48,143 bases of DNA from a bacterium (GCA_040756235.1 JBFLZG010000093.1:1-48143); one strand, 5' to 3'. Shown: positions 18,355-28,707, counted from the stretch's first letter. The notes: generated by a model from the letters alone, not told the origin. Made by a program: numbers and translations.

Positions 18355-19149
18355 TTACGCTCTCCTCAGGCTGGGCTTGCGCTGGAAGAAGTCTCGTACC
18401 CTCGGATCCGGGTGGCGGTCCCTGAGCTCCTTCGGATTCCCCTCAGCTATGATGCGGTGAGTGGAACCGTCCAACATGACCACCCTCTGGGCAATGGTCA
18501 GGATGCTGGCGAGCTCATGGGTCACGACCACCATGGTCGTCCCGAGACTTGCGTTGAGCTGCAGAATGAGGGCATCCAGATCCGCGGAAGTGACCGGATC
18601 GAGACCGGCGCTCGGCTCGTCGAAAAAGAGGATCTCGGGGTCCAGGGCCATCGCCCTGGCCAGCGCCGCGCGCTTGCGCATGCCGCCGCTCAGCTCTGAA
18701 GGCAACTTTTCTCCGACGCCCTCCATGTCCACCATTTGCAGCTTCATGCGTACCAGCAGGTCGATCATCTCCTTCCTGAGGGAGGTGAACTCCTGGAGGG
18801 GCAGGGCGATGTTCTGGGCGAGGGTCATGGAGCTGAACAGGGCGCCGGACTGGAACAGGACTCCGAATCTGCGGGAAAGCCGGCTCCGTGTTTCCGCGTC
18901 CCCGTCCCCGAAGACGTCCGCGCCTTCGACCAGGACGCGGCCCCGCAGAGGTTTCTGAAGGCCGATCATGTGCTTGAGCAGGGTGCTCTTGCCTGATCCG
19001 CTGCCGCCCAGGATGACGAAAATCTCACCTCGGTTCACGGCAAAATTGATGTCTTCGAGCACGATCTGATTGCCGTAGCCCGCCGTCAGACCCTGCACGA
19101 CAATCAAGGGCTCTGGACGGCTCGTTCCTGAAGTCGCTCCGCTGGTCAC
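18355..19149 (-). CDS. mlaF: MlaF-like ABC ATP-binding protein
   Basis: GGSGSGKS, LSGGMRKRAALARA, FFDEPSAGLDP, VTHE. Start moved to GTG 19149, just after the mlaE stop. Confidence 0.92.
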   Translation of the reverse strand: MTSGATSGTSRPEPLIVVQGLTAGYGNQIVLEDINFAVNRGEIFVILGGSGSGKSTLLKHMIGLQKPLRGRVLVEGADVFGDGDAETRSRLSRRFGVLFQSGALFSSMTLAQNIALPLQEFTSLRKEMIDLLVRMKLQMVDMEGVGEKLPSELSGGMRKRAALARAMALDPEILFFDEPSAGLDPVTSADLDALILQLNASLGTTMVVVTHELASILTIAQRVVMLDGSTHRIIAEGNPKELRDRHPDPRVRDFFQRKPSLRRA

Positions 19150-19156
19150 GGAAGCC

Positions 19157-20299
19157 TCACACATACTGGAAAATGACGGTAAAGACGGCATCGGCCACGA
19201 TGATGAGGAAGATCCCCGTAACTACGGCGGAGGTCGCCGCCCGCCCTACGCTTTCAGCCGCTCCCCCGGCCTGGAATCCCCTCAGGCATCCGACACCCGA
19301 AATGATCAGCGCAAAGGCAAGGGTCTTGCCCACACCGGAGAAGACGTCGAACACGCCGATCGCGCCCCTCGTCTCGAGGAGGTATCCGTAGATCGTGAGG
19401 TCGAGGCTGAGCACGCTCACGAGAAGTCCCCCGAGGATGCCGATGACATCCGCGTACAAGGTCAGAAGCGGAAGGGCCAGCAAGAGGGCCAGCGTCTTCG
19501 GCAGCACGAGGAAACGGGTGGGATGAATCCCCATGGTCCTCAAGGCATCGATCTCCTCGTTGACCTGCATGGTGCCGATCTCTGCAGCGAAGGCCGATCC
19601 GGAGCGGCCGGCGAGCACGACGGCCGTGATCATCGGACCGAATTCGCGGACCTGCGCCAGTCCGACCAGATCGGCCACGTAGATGGTTGCGCCGAACTGA
19701 CGGAGCTGGATGGAAGCCTGGAAGGCCAGCACGAGCCCCACCAGGAAGTGGATCAGCGTAAGGATCGGCAGAGCGTTGACCCCGTTGGTCTCGAAAGACG
19801 AGAGCATGTCCCGGTAGCGGAAGGAGCGGGGGTGACGCATGATCTCCAGACTGGAGACGATCACATCGCCGAAAAAGGTCATAATAAAACGAAGGTTAGA
19901 AAGAAATAACAACACATGATCGCCGAGGGAAACCATGGAACGCGTGAGCCCCGAACGCCGCACCGGCTCGGGCTTGCCGGCGGCCAGCCGGTCCGGGTCC
20001 AGGAGACGGAGCATTCCCTGGATCCTGGGCCCGGCGCCGGCGAGCGAGAAAGCCGCGTTCTTCTCTCTGCAAACCTGCTGCAGGGAAAGAATGAGGGCGA
20101 CTCCCGAGCTGTCTATGCGACCCACTGCGGAGACATCGAGAACGAGACGTTGGAAAGGGCTCGTTCGCACGCGTTCCATGAGCTCTCGATGGATGGTGTA
20201 ATCGGTCTGCATGCTGGCCGTTCCGCGGAGCCGGAGCTCGAGCGAGCCGTCCGTGTAGGACGGCTCATAGAGGAGGGAGCGCTCGATACTCTTTTCCAT
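19157..20299 (-). CDS. mlaE: STAS-domain + MlaE permease fusion
   Basis: STAS motif LDVSAVGRIDSSG; REFGPMITAVVLAGRSGSAFAAEIGTMQVNEEIDALRTMG. Confidence 0.93.
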   Translation of the reverse strand: MEKSIERSLLYEPSYTDGSLELRLRGTASMQTDYTIHRELMERVRTSPFQRLVLDVSAVGRIDSSGVALILSLQQVCREKNAAFSLAGAGPRIQGMLRLLDPDRLAAGKPEPVRRSGLTRSMVSLGDHVLLFLSNLRFIMTFFGDVIVSSLEIMRHPRSFRYRDMLSSFETNGVNALPILTLIHFLVGLVLAFQASIQLRQFGATIYVADLVGLAQVREFGPMITAVVLAGRSGSAFAAEIGTMQVNEEIDALRTMGIHPTRFLVLPKTLALLLALPLLTLYADVIGILGGLLVSVLSLDLTIYGYLLETRGAIGVFDVFSGVGKTLAFALIISGVGCLRGFQAGGAAESVGRAATSAVVTGIFLIIVADAVFTVIFQYV

Positions 20300-20608
20300 A
20301 TTCGATCCTCGCGACCACCGGGAAATCGGATGCGACCGAACGACGATGATGTTATTAGGGAAGAAAGCAAACGTGGCCGAAGTGTAGCAGAGACGGCGGG
20401 AGGGAAGAAATCACCCGTGCGCTGCCGGCCACGGGGACGGTCCTGGGGTTTGCCGGTCAAGTGAAAGCGGCTTCGAGGAAATCGGCCAGGAGGAGGCGAG
20501 CGAGCGGGTGCTGTACCTCAAGGGGTTATCATCTAGAAAGATGCCGAAGCATGCACGTTACCTGGACAAACCTCATGTAGAACATCATGTATGAACGGGG
20601 CGTGTTGA

Positions 20609-20636
20609 ATGTCTGATAAGGTATATTATGTAAACC
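20609..20636 (+). other. dif: dif site (XerC/XerD chromosome dimer resolution site)
   Basis: ATGTCTGATAA-GGTATA-TTATGTAAACC has the 11-6-11 layout of E. coli dif (GGTGCGCATAA-TGTATA-TTATGTTAAAT). It is intergenic and AT-rich, and KOPS orientation flips across it. Confidence 0.85.
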
Positions 20637-20743
20637 ACAAGATAACCAGACCCGCCAGCGCTCCCGCTTCTGTCGGGGCTGTTTCTTGCTGGCCCCTCAT
20701 CGGATGCCGGACGGATGTTTTTGACTTAGGAACGCGACGGGCG

Positions 20744-21040
20744 TCAGACGGCACTGCCCTTCTTGGGAAGCCCTTGGACGGCGGCGAGGATCGACTGCAG
20801 GCGGTCCGGCGGCGATCGTCGATGCTGCATGAGGGCTTCGAGCTCAGGCGGCTCGAGGTGCTCACGAAGATACGTGACGACGTCGAAGATCTGCCACCAA
20901 CAGTCGAGGATCTTGAAACAGGCTTGCGGCTGTGCGGGTTTCAAGCAGTAGCGGAACGGGACCGGGCCGCCGAGCCGTGGGCAGTGGGTCTGCCTCTGTC
21001 CGGTTTCGCATGGGCATGGAGGGCGGACATTGTCGTGCAT
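20744..21040 (-). CDS. Small Cys-rich hypothetical protein, possibly metal-binding
   Basis: 98 aa, CPRLGGPVPFRYC...ACFKILDCWW; directly downstream of trpB2 on the same strand. Confidence 0.65.
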   Translation of the reverse strand: MHDNVRPPCPCETGQRQTHCPRLGGPVPFRYCLKPAQPQACFKILDCWWQIFDVVTYLREHLEPPELEALMQHRRSPPDRLQSILAAVQGLPKKGSAV

Positions 21041-21098
21041 GGCGGACCATCATCTGGCGCAGGGGCACGAGCGCCGCGCCCCTGCGGTCGGTTTCGAT

Positions 21099-22469
21099 TC
21101 AGCGGCTCTTCAAGAGAGCGGGCTTGGGGAAATTCTTGAAGACCTCCTCGGCCTTCTCGAGAACCGCGTCAGGCAGATCGTGGTCCGTGAGCTGGTTGGA
21201 GAAGAAGCGGTCGTAGGACCCCAGGTCGATCAGGCCGTGACCGCTCCAGTTGACCAGGATGACTTTCTCCTTCCCTTCTTCCCTGGCGCGGTTGGCCTCG
21301 TCCGCCACGCAGGCGAGCGCATGGTTGGTCTCGGGAGCCGGGATGAACCCTTCGGTCCGGGCCCAGAGGATGCCTGCCTTGAAGCTCTCTACCTGGTAAT
21401 AGGCGCGCGGTTCGATGATCCCCTCTGCGGCGAGCTGGCTGACCGCGGGCGCCATCCCGTGGTAGCGGAGCCCCCCGGCATGGATCGGCGGCGGAACAAA
21501 GGCGTGCCCGAGACTGTACATCGGGATGAGAGGCGTGAAGCGCGCGATGTCCCCGTGGTCGTAGACGAAGGGGGCACGGGTCAAGGTGGGACACGCGCGT
21601 GGTTCGACCGGGAGGATCTGGATGTTCCTGCCGTTGAGCTTGTCGCAGACGAAGGGGAAACTGAGACCGGCGAAGTTGCTGCCTCCGCCGGCGCAGCCGA
21701 TGACGATGTCGGGATATTCGCCGATCTTCTCCAGCTGTTTCTTGGCCTCCAGGCCGATGACGGTCTGGTGGAGCAGGACGTGATTGAGCACGCTGCCCAG
21801 GGAGTATCGTGTGTCCTTGCTGTGGACCGCATCCTCGATGGCCTCGCTGATCGCGATGCCGAGGGACCCCGGCGAGTCCGGGTCCTGATCGAGAATCTTT
21901 TTGCCCGACTCGGTCTCGCGGCTCGGGCTGGGGACGCAGCGGGCGCCCCAGGCCTCCATCATGGAGCGGCGGTAGGGCTTCTGGTCGAAGCTGATGCGCA
22001 CCATGTACACCTTGCACTCGAGCCCGAACAGAGAGCACGCAAAGGCAAGGGCGCTGCCCCACTGGCCGGCGCCCGTTTCGGTGGCGATCCTCTTAATGCC
22101 GAAGACCTTGTTGTAATAGGCCTGCGGGACGGCCGTGTTGGGCTTGTGACTGCCCGGGGGGCTCACGCCCTCGTGCTTGTAGTAGATGCGGGCCGGGGTG
22201 CCGAGCGCTTTTTCGAACGCTTCGGCGCGGACCAGAGGGCTCGGCCGCCAGATGCGATACTTTTCCAGCACCGGCTCCGGGATGTCGATCCAGCGCTGGG
22301 TGCTGGCTTCCTGCTCGATCAGGTTCATGGGGAAAACGGGCGCCAGATCCTGGGGCTGCAGGGGTGTCCCATCCGGCCTGAGGGGAGGATTCATCTTGAT
22401 GTCGGCCATGATGTTGTACCACTGGCGCGGGATCTCGTCTTCATGCAACAGGACCTTCTTCTGGCTCAT
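21099..22469 (-). CDS. trpB2: Tryptophan synthase beta chain type 2 (TrpB2)
   Basis: [16 protein letters not shown] (PLP Lys), [26 protein letters not shown]. Start moved to ATG 22469 (GGAGG RBS). Confidence 0.95.
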   Translation of the reverse strand: MSQKKVLLHEDEIPRQWYNIMADIKMNPPLRPDGTPLQPQDLAPVFPMNLIEQEASTQRWIDIPEPVLEKYRIWRPSPLVRAEAFEKALGTPARIYYKHEGVSPPGSHKPNTAVPQAYYNKVFGIKRIATETGAGQWGSALAFACSLFGLECKVYMVRISFDQKPYRRSMMEAWGARCVPSPSRETESGKKILDQDPDSPGSLGIAISEAIEDAVHSKDTRYSLGSVLNHVLLHQTVIGLEAKKQLEKIGEYPDIVIGCAGGGSNFAGLSFPFVCDKLNGRNIQILPVEPRACPTLTRAPFVYDHGDIARFTPLIPMYSLGHAFVPPPIHAGGLRYHGMAPAVSQLAAEGIIEPRAYYQVESFKAGILWARTEGFIPAPETNHALACVADEANRAREEGKEKVILVNWSGHGLIDLGSYDRFFSNQLTDHDLPDAVLEKAEEVFKNFPKPALLKSR

Positions 22470-22505
22470 CATCCACCTCCAGCCGGGTGTTTGGAAATGA
22501 GCCGA

Positions 22506-22534
22506 ACGGTAACAGACGGTATCGCGCAAGTCAA
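22506..22534 (-). promoter_or_regulatory. Putative sigma70 promoter for trpB2
   Basis: Minus strand TTGACT-N17-TACCGT with a TGn extension. Confidence 0.4.
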
Positions 22535-22680
22535 TCGCACAGGTGCCGGCCCTCGGTCCCTTCTTGCTGGGAATTCGAGAACTTGCTATTTCTTTCTCTG
22601 CAAGAGCTTCACTGGCTCGGGGCGGCGGAAAGCTGCGGGGAAAAGCAGAGATGGGAGAGGCGCGCGGAGGCAGCGGCAAC

Positions 22681-24744
22681 ATGGTGCGAAGGAGGGGCCC
22701 GAGGCCGCGCGGAATACGCCTGGCCTTTGACGTGGGCGGCACGTTCACGGACATCGTCGTTGCCGACGGAAGGTCCCTTGCGGTCCTGAAGCGATTCACC
22801 GAGCCGGACGATCCGGTTCGGGGACTGAGGGAGGCCGTTTCCGAGATCATCGGGGCGGAGCCGGAGCGCATCCTGCACGGCACGACCCTGGCCACCAACG
22901 CCCTCCTGGAGAGGCGCGGCGCCAAGGTCGCCCTGCTCACCACCCGGGGGTTCGAGGACGTACTGGAAATCGGGCGCCAGGCCAGACCCTCTCTGTACGA
23001 CCTGAGGGCCACGCGGCCGGACCCGCTGGTCCCCAAGCCTCTCCGGCTCGGCCTCAGGGAGCGGGCTCTGGCGGACGGAACCGTGGCAATCGCGATCGAT
23101 GAGGACGAGGTCGAAGCGGCTCTTCAGACCCTGGGCGGCAGAGGGGTGGAAGCGGTGGCCGTCTGTTTCCTGCACAGCCCCCTGTGCCCCCGGAACGAGA
23201 TCACGACAGGCTCGGTCCTCGAGCGGGGCGCCCTTCCCTTCTGTCTGTCGCACGAGGTCGCAGCCGTGGAAGGAGAGTTCGAGAGAACGGCCGTCACCGT
23301 GGCCAATGCCTACCTGCTGCCGCGGATGTGCGGCTACCTGGGGCGGATCGGAAAGGCATGGCCGGGCGCCTCCGTACGGATCATGCAGTCCAACGGAGGT
23401 CTCCTGTCCGGCGGCACGGCGGCCAGGTTCCCGGTGCAGACGGTGCTTTCCGGCCCGGCCGCCGGGGTGATCGGGGCCTTCAAGCTGGCTCGGCAGGCGG
23501 GGGTCGACAAGGTCATCACCCTGGATATGGGCGGGACTTCCACCGACGTGTGCCTTTGTGACGGCGCCATCGCCTGGACCGAGGAGACGGCGATCGGCGG
23601 CCTGCCCCTTCCGGTCCCGATCATTGACATGATCACCGTGGGCTCGGGCGGCGGCTCTTTCGTGCGGGTCGACGCAGGCGGGGCGCTGCGGGTGGGGCCC
23701 GAGAGCGCGGGCGCCTGGCCCGGTCCGGTGTGCTACGGCCGGGGCGGGAAGCGGCCGACCCTGACCGATGCCCACGTGCTGCTCGGCCGCATCCAGGCGG
23801 ACTTCTTCCTGGGGGGCACCCGGGCGCTCGAGACCGAGGGGCTTGCGGAGGTCTTTGGCGAGCTGGGGGATCCGGTGGGCCTGGATGGGGTGCAGGCGGC
23901 AGCCGGCGCCGTTGAGGTGGCCGCCGCGATCCTTGCCGGCGCCATCCGCAGGGTTTCGGTCGAACGGGGATTCGACCCTCGGGACTTCTCTCTTCTCGTC
24001 TTCGGAGGCGCAGGGGGGCTCCACGCCTGCGACCTGGCCGAACGCATGCAGATCCGCGAGATCCTGGTGCCCCCTGCTCCGGGGCTCGTTTCCGCTCTGG
24101 GGCTGCTGCTGGCCGACGTGGTCCGTGATCGGCTGCTGCCGATCCGGAAGGTGCTCGGGGAAGAGGTTCGCGTGTCCGAGCTGAGGCGGGAGGCCCGGAG
24201 GCTCGGTGCAGAGATCCGGAGGGAGTTGATCGAGTCGGAGGGGGTGCCCAGGGGCGCCGTCGACACTCGGTCCTATGCCGTTCTCCGGTACAAGGGCCAG
24301 GCGGGCGGGCTGCCGGTGGACCTTGCCCGGGACCTGCCTGGCAGCTTTCACGAGGAGCATCGGAAGAGGTACGGCTTCTCCCGGGAAAGGCGCCCGGTCG
24401 AGGTGGTCAGGCTCCAGGTCCGGGCGACGGGGAGCGAGGGGCCGGGCTCCCCTTCCCTTCCCGGTCTGGCTGGTGCGTGGGAGGCTGAAGGAAAGACCGC
24501 CTCGGACGGAGCGCCATGCCACGGGGCCCGGGCGGCCGACCCGGGGAAGGTGTTCCGACCCGTCTGGTTCGGAGGCCGATTCGTACGAGCACCGGTCCTT
24601 GCGCGGGCAAGCCTCGGGGCCGGTGCGCCGCTCCAGGGCCCGGCCGTCGTGGTCGAGTACAGTGCCACGACCGTGATCGCCCCCGGGTTTGCCTGCCGGA
24701 AGGACCGGTTCGGGAATCTGAGGATCCGGAGGACGGCCGGATGA
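22681..24744 (+). CDS. Hydantoinase/oxoprolinase subunit A (ATP-binding)
   Basis: [46 protein letters not shown]. Start uncertain (22543-22681). Confidence 0.92.
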   Translation: MVRRRGPRPRGIRLAFDVGGTFTDIVVADGRSLAVLKRFTEPDDPVRGLREAVSEIIGAEPERILHGTTLATNALLERRGAKVALLTTRGFEDVLEIGRQARPSLYDLRATRPDPLVPKPLRLGLRERALADGTVAIAIDEDEVEAALQTLGGRGVEAVAVCFLHSPLCPRNEITTGSVLERGALPFCLSHEVAAVEGEFERTAVTVANAYLLPRMCGYLGRIGKAWPGASVRIMQSNGGLLSGGTAARFPVQTVLSGPAAGVIGAFKLARQAGVDKVITLDMGGTSTDVCLCDGAIAWTEETAIGGLPLPVPIIDMITVGSGGGSFVRVDAGGALRVGPESAGAWPGPVCYGRGGKRPTLTDAHVLLGRIQADFFLGGTRALETEGLAEVFGELGDPVGLDGVQAAAGAVEVAAAILAGAIRRVSVERGFDPRDFSLLVFGGAGGLHACDLAERMQIREILVPPAPGLVSALGLLLADVVRDRLLPIRKVLGEEVRVSELRREARRLGAEIRRELIESEGVPRGAVDTRSYAVLRYKGQAGGLPVDLARDLPGSFHEEHRKRYGFSRERRPVEVVRLQVRATGSEGPGSPSLPGLAGAWEAEGKTASDGAPCHGARAADPGKVFRPVWFGGRFVRAPVLARASLGAGAPLQGPAVVVEYSATTVIAPGFACRKDRFGNLRIRRTAG

Positions 24745-24766
24745 TGCATCCGAGCAGGGATCTCGA

Positions 24767-26422
24767 ATGAAAGAGAAGCGCGTGTCCCGAGCTGCCCCGC
24801 ATCCGAAGATGACCGGAGCCGGCCGGCGCCGGAGGAGAGCAAGGGACGGTTTCGACCCTGTCGCTCTCGAAGTCTTCAACAACCTGTTCCGGTCCGTGGC
24901 CGAGGAAATGGGCGCATCCCTTTCCCGGACGGCCCACTCGCCCAACGTCCGGGATCGCAGGGATTTCTCGTGCGCCGTGTTCGACTCCCAGGGGCGGGTC
25001 GTGGCCCAGGCGGAACACATTCCCGTGCACCTCGGCTCCATGCACTTCGCGGTGCGGAGCGCGCTGGCTGCCGGGCTCGCTGCAGGAGCCGGCACTTGGC
25101 TCCTCAACGATCCTTACGCGGGCGGGACACACCTTCCGGACATCACCCTGGTCACTCCCGTCCGGATCGGAAGGGGCGGTACATGCTTCTATGTGGCGAG
25201 CCGGGCTCATCATCTCGACATGGGGGGCGCCAGCGGCGGCTCCATGGGGGCTCACTCCGAGATTTTCGCTGAAGGGCTCCGCATCCCGCCCGTTCCGATT
25301 GTCGACGCGGGCGGCGTCTGGGAGCGGAGCGTGCTCGATCTCATCCGCGCCAACGTGAGAAGCCCCGAGTTTCTGGAAGGCGATCTCACCGCCCAGTACG
25401 CGGCGAACCAGACGGCGCTGCAGCGGCTGGCGGAAATGGCGGACCGGTTCGGCCTGAAGAAGGTGCTCGATTATGCCGGTCACCTGCGGCGCTATTCCGC
25501 CCGGAGAATGCGGATCATGCTCGCCTCCTTTCCGGAGGGGGTGTTTCGGGCCGAAGATTTCCTGGAGGACGACGGCTTCGGCGGCGGTCCGTTCCGGATT
25601 CGGGCCTCGGTGGAGGTCCGATCCGCCTCGGTACGCGTGGATTTCGCCGGGACGGACCCGCAGGTGCACGGGCCCGTGAACGCGCCGCTCCCGGTGACCT
25701 GGTCCTGCGTGCAGTACGTGCTGCGGACCCTCACGGACCCGGACATCCCCAACAACAGCGGCTGCTTCGAAGCCGTCCGGCTCTACGCGCCGCCGGGGAC
25801 CCTGGTAAACGCGGTGTTCCCGGCCGCCGTCGCCGGAGGGAACGTGGAGACTTCCCAGCGCATCGTCGATTGCCTCTACAAGGCCCTCGCCGATGCCTTA
25901 CCGGAGCGGATACCGGCGGCCAGCTGCGGATCGATGAACAACCTGTCGGTGAGCGGGCAGGACCCGAGAAGCGGTGGACCGTTCAGCTACTACGAGACCG
26001 TGGCCGGCGGCATGGGCGCCCGGCCGGGCCTGGACGGCCTGAGCGGCGTGCACACGCACATGACCAACACGCGCAACACGCCGGTCGAGATGCTCGAGCA
26101 CGTGTACCCGATGCGCGTGGAACGGTATGCGCTCCGCCACGGATCGGGCGGCGGCGGGAGATACCGCGGGGGCGACGGTCTGGTGCGGGAGATCCTGTTC
26201 CTCGCAGACAGCGAGATCCATCTGCTGGCAGAGCGCAGACACCGGGGTCCTCCCGGGCTCTGGGGAGCCGATGCGGGAAAACCCGGCAGGGATTTCCTGA
26301 TCCGGGAGGGAAAAAAGAAGAGATTGCCTCCCAAGGGGTCGGTGTGCGTGCGCGCCGGAGACCGGCTCCGCATGGAGACGCCGGGAGGCGGCGGATGGGG
26401 AGCGCCCGGCAAGGGCTTGTAG
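24767..26422 (+). CDS. Hydantoinase B / oxoprolinase subunit B
   Basis: DFSCA, HIPVHLGSM, NDPYAGGTHLPD, HHLDMGG, THMTNTRNTPVE, TPGGGGWG. Confidence 0.93.
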   Translation: MKEKRVSRAAPHPKMTGAGRRRRRARDGFDPVALEVFNNLFRSVAEEMGASLSRTAHSPNVRDRRDFSCAVFDSQGRVVAQAEHIPVHLGSMHFAVRSALAAGLAAGAGTWLLNDPYAGGTHLPDITLVTPVRIGRGGTCFYVASRAHHLDMGGASGGSMGAHSEIFAEGLRIPPVPIVDAGGVWERSVLDLIRANVRSPEFLEGDLTAQYAANQTALQRLAEMADRFGLKKVLDYAGHLRRYSARRMRIMLASFPEGVFRAEDFLEDDGFGGGPFRIRASVEVRSASVRVDFAGTDPQVHGPVNAPLPVTWSCVQYVLRTLTDPDIPNNSGCFEAVRLYAPPGTLVNAVFPAAVAGGNVETSQRIVDCLYKALADALPERIPAASCGSMNNLSVSGQDPRSGGPFSYYETVAGGMGARPGLDGLSGVHTHMTNTRNTPVEMLEHVYPMRVERYALRHGSGGGGRYRGGDGLVREILFLADSEIHLLAERRHRGPPGLWGADAGKPGRDFLIREGKKKRLPPKGSVCVRAGDRLRMETPGGGGWGAPGKGL

Positions 26423-26444
26423 GGGCGACCGGCGGTCGCCCTCA
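26419..26444 (+). repeat. GTAG-type REP hairpin
   Basis: GTAG-GGGCGACC-GGC-GGTCGCCC; its TAG is the hydantoinase B stop codon. A similar copy is at 44373-44394. Confidence 0.7.
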
Positions 26445-26492
26445 CCGGCTCCGGACGGCCGCCACAACTTTTCCGCCGAGGAGGATTTGAGG

Positions 26493-27278
26493 ATGAAGAG
26501 AAAGCGCTTCGTCGACCTCAGCATCGCCATCGAGCCGGGCCTTCCCTCGGACCCGCCCATGATGGTCCCCAAGGTGACGTACAGCTCTCACGAGGAAGGA
26601 GCCGAAGGCATGAGGGCGTTCTTCCCCGGGCTGGAGCGCAAAGACCTTCCCGGAGGTCTGGGCTGGGCCGTGGAGCACGTGGAACTTTCCACCCACTCCG
26701 GCACCCATCTCGACGCGCCCTGGCACTACCATCCCACGATGGACGGCGGCCGGAGGGCCTGGACCATCGACGAGATCCCGCTCGAGTGGTGCATGGGTGA
26801 CGGGATCGTCCTGGATTTGCGGCACTTGCCGGACGGGTACAAGGTCATGCCTGCCGATCTCGAAGAAGCCCTGGGCAAGACCGGCTGCAGGCTCAAACCT
26901 CTGGACATCGTCCTCGCCATGACCGGCGCAGACCGCTTCTGGGGCACGCCCGAGTACCTGCTCAGAGGGTGCGGCATGGGTCGGGAGGCGACTCTTTGGT
27001 TTTTGGACCGCGGGGTCCGTGTCGTGGGCACCGACGCATGGAGCTGGGACCGTCCCCTGCCCCTCATTGCCGAGGAGTTCCGCCGTACCGGGCGGGCTTC
27101 GATCATCTGGGAAGGGCATTTTGCCGGCATCGAGAAGGGCTATTGCCACATGGAAAAGCTCCGGGGGCTGGACGGGCTGCCGCCCTCCGGCTTCACCATC
27201 TTCTGTTTTCCCGTGAAGGTGCGGGGAGCCAGCGCGGGATGGGTGCGCGCCGTGGCGCTGGTGGAGGAAGAGGCATGA
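26493..27278 (+). CDS. Cyclase-family metallo-amidohydrolase (kynurenine formamidase / isatin hydrolase-like)
   Basis: HSGTHLDAPWH (HxGTHxDxPxH), VVGTDAWSWD, HMEKL, WVRAVA. Confidence 0.92.
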   Translation: MKRKRFVDLSIAIEPGLPSDPPMMVPKVTYSSHEEGAEGMRAFFPGLERKDLPGGLGWAVEHVELSTHSGTHLDAPWHYHPTMDGGRRAWTIDEIPLEWCMGDGIVLDLRHLPDGYKVMPADLEEALGKTGCRLKPLDIVLAMTGADRFWGTPEYLLRGCGMGREATLWFLDRGVRVVGTDAWSWDRPLPLIAEEFRRTGRASIIWEGHFAGIEKGYCHMEKLRGLDGLPPSGFTIFCFPVKVRGASAGWVRAVALVEEEA

Positions 27279-27310
27279 AAGTCGAGGGCGTGAGTCGCGC
27301 GCGCGTTCTC

Positions 27311-27502
27311 GGGATCCTGAGTTGCGAGCGAGCCTGGTGAGCACTCGGTAGGGTGGACAAAGCCGCGGGCGTGTCCACCAACCACAGCAGAGCACTGCGA
27401 GCGTGGCGATCCGAAGTCCCAAGCGCAGCGAGAGACCGCCCTGCGCCGCGGTGCGTTGATAGCTTGCGTGCGGTGGGTGCACCGCACTCGTCTCAGGATC
27501 CC
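27311..27502. repeat. Structured region between convergent genes, containing a GTAG-type REP
   Basis: 11-bp inverted repeat GGGATCCTGAG (27311) / CTCAGGATCCC (27492); GTAG-GGTGGACA..TGTCCACC (27348-27379); hairpin GTGCGGTG-GGTG-CACCGCAC (27468-27487). Confidence 0.6.
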
Positions 27503-27513
27503 TGCAACTCGTC

Positions 27514-28707
27514 TCACCGGAAGGCATAGACGTGGGTATCATAGGATCCCACGAAGAGCATGCCCGCGAGCGCGACCGGAGAGGACTTGACCGGGTTGGC
27601 GGTCTTGTGCTCCCAGATTTTCTGACCATCCGCGAGCCGCAGGGCCACCAGGATGCCCCGCTCTCCTGCTGCGTAGACCAGATCGTTGTAGATCCAAGGC
27701 GAGGAGATCATGGGCCCCAGGCCGGCGTACGTCCAGCGGACGGCCCCGCTCTTCTCGTCCAGACAGTACAGGTTCTGGTCGGTCGAGCCGGCCGCCACGC
27801 AACCGTTTCCGACGGCCGGGGAGCTGTCGACCCACTTCCCGGTTGTGTGGGACCAGAGCTCGCTGCCGGTCCGGGCCTCCAGGCAGTAGATCTTTCCGTC
27901 CGTGGCGCCGAAGAAGACCTTCCCTCCGTGGACTGCCGGCGATGAGCCGACCTTGGCTCCGGAGGATACGGAGAACCGCCACAGCTCACTTCCGCGAGAA
28001 GCGTCTAGACAGTAGAGGTTTCCGTCCCAGGAGCCGAACAGGAGCCGGTCTTTCCAGAGTGCGGGAGAGGAGGTGATGCGCCCGCCGGCCTTGAAGGTCC
28101 ACTTCTCGGCGCCGTCCCGGATGCCGACACCGCGCAGCACCCCGTTCCAGTCGCCGAAGTACACGCGGTGCCCGTCGCTCACCGCCGAGCTGTTGATCAC
28201 GGCCCCGGCTTCCAGGCTCCACAGGGGTCTTCCGGTCTCCCGAGCCAGGCAGTGGAACGATCCGTCCTCGGAGCCGACCAGGACACGCTTCTTCGTTGCC
28301 AGGGGGGTGGCCAGGACGGCGCCCTCGGTTTGGCTGCTCCAGATCTTCGTGCCGTCCTTGATGTTTATTGCATATACGGACTTGCCGATGCTGTCCCCGA
28401 TGAACAGCACACCCCGATCGGTGTCCACGGCGGGGGAAGAGAAGACCCAGCCGTTCAGGGGCTGTGTCCACGCGAGGTCCCCCCGGATCGCGGGCCCGCG
28501 GGCGCACGCGGCATGGGTGGGGCCTCCCCGGAACATGGCGACCGGGCGATCTGCACGGCTGCAGGCCTGGAGCGTAGCGAGCAGGGTCAGGGCAGCGATC
28601 GTACGGGCCCGCCCTCCCCTTGCCGCGAGGCTGACGAAAGATGAATGCCCTATCCCTCGGTGCAGAAGGTGTCGAAAAATGGAAAATCTGTGCGAGAAGC
28701 TGGTCAT
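27514..28707 (-). CDS. PQQ-like / BamB-like beta-propeller, probable lipoprotein
   Basis: Repeated SSPAV...FGSxDGxxYCLD...G...W blades; LQAC lipobox-like motif; ATG overlaps the upstream TPR gene stop (ATGA). Confidence 0.87.
   Translation of the reverse strand: MTSFSHRFSIFRHLLHRGIGHSSFVSLAARGGRARTIAALTLLATLQACSRADRPVAMFRGGPTHAACARGPAIRGDLAWTQPLNGWVFSSPAVDTDRGVLFIGDSIGKSVYAINIKDGTKIWSSQTEGAVLATPLATKKRVLVGSEDGSFHCLARETGRPLWSLEAGAVINSSAVSDGHRVYFGDWNGVLRGVGIRDGAEKWTFKAGGRITSSPALWKDRLLFGSWDGNLYCLDASRGSELWRFSVSSGAKVGSSPAVHGGKVFFGATDGKIYCLEARTGSELWSHTTGKWVDSSPAVGNGCVAAGSTDQNLYCLDEKSGAVRWTYAGLGPMISSPWIYNDLVYAAGERGILVALRLADGQKIWEHKTANPVKSSPVALAGMLFVGSYDTHVYAFR

Noticed and set aside
20573..20596. 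TCATGTA(T)GAAC tandem next to dif as a terminus-organising site
   Set aside because: Two imperfect copies only, with no match to matS (GTGACRNYGTCAC); too weak to call.
20609..21139. 176-aa plus-strand ORF starting at the dif-like site
   Set aside because: It is antisense to the Cys-rich gene and the trpB2 end; the AT-rich start is better explained as dif.
22470..23036. 189-aa N-terminal extension of TrpB2 in the ORF track
   Set aside because: It overlaps the hydantoinase A gene on the other strand; an RBS and promoter support the start at 22469.
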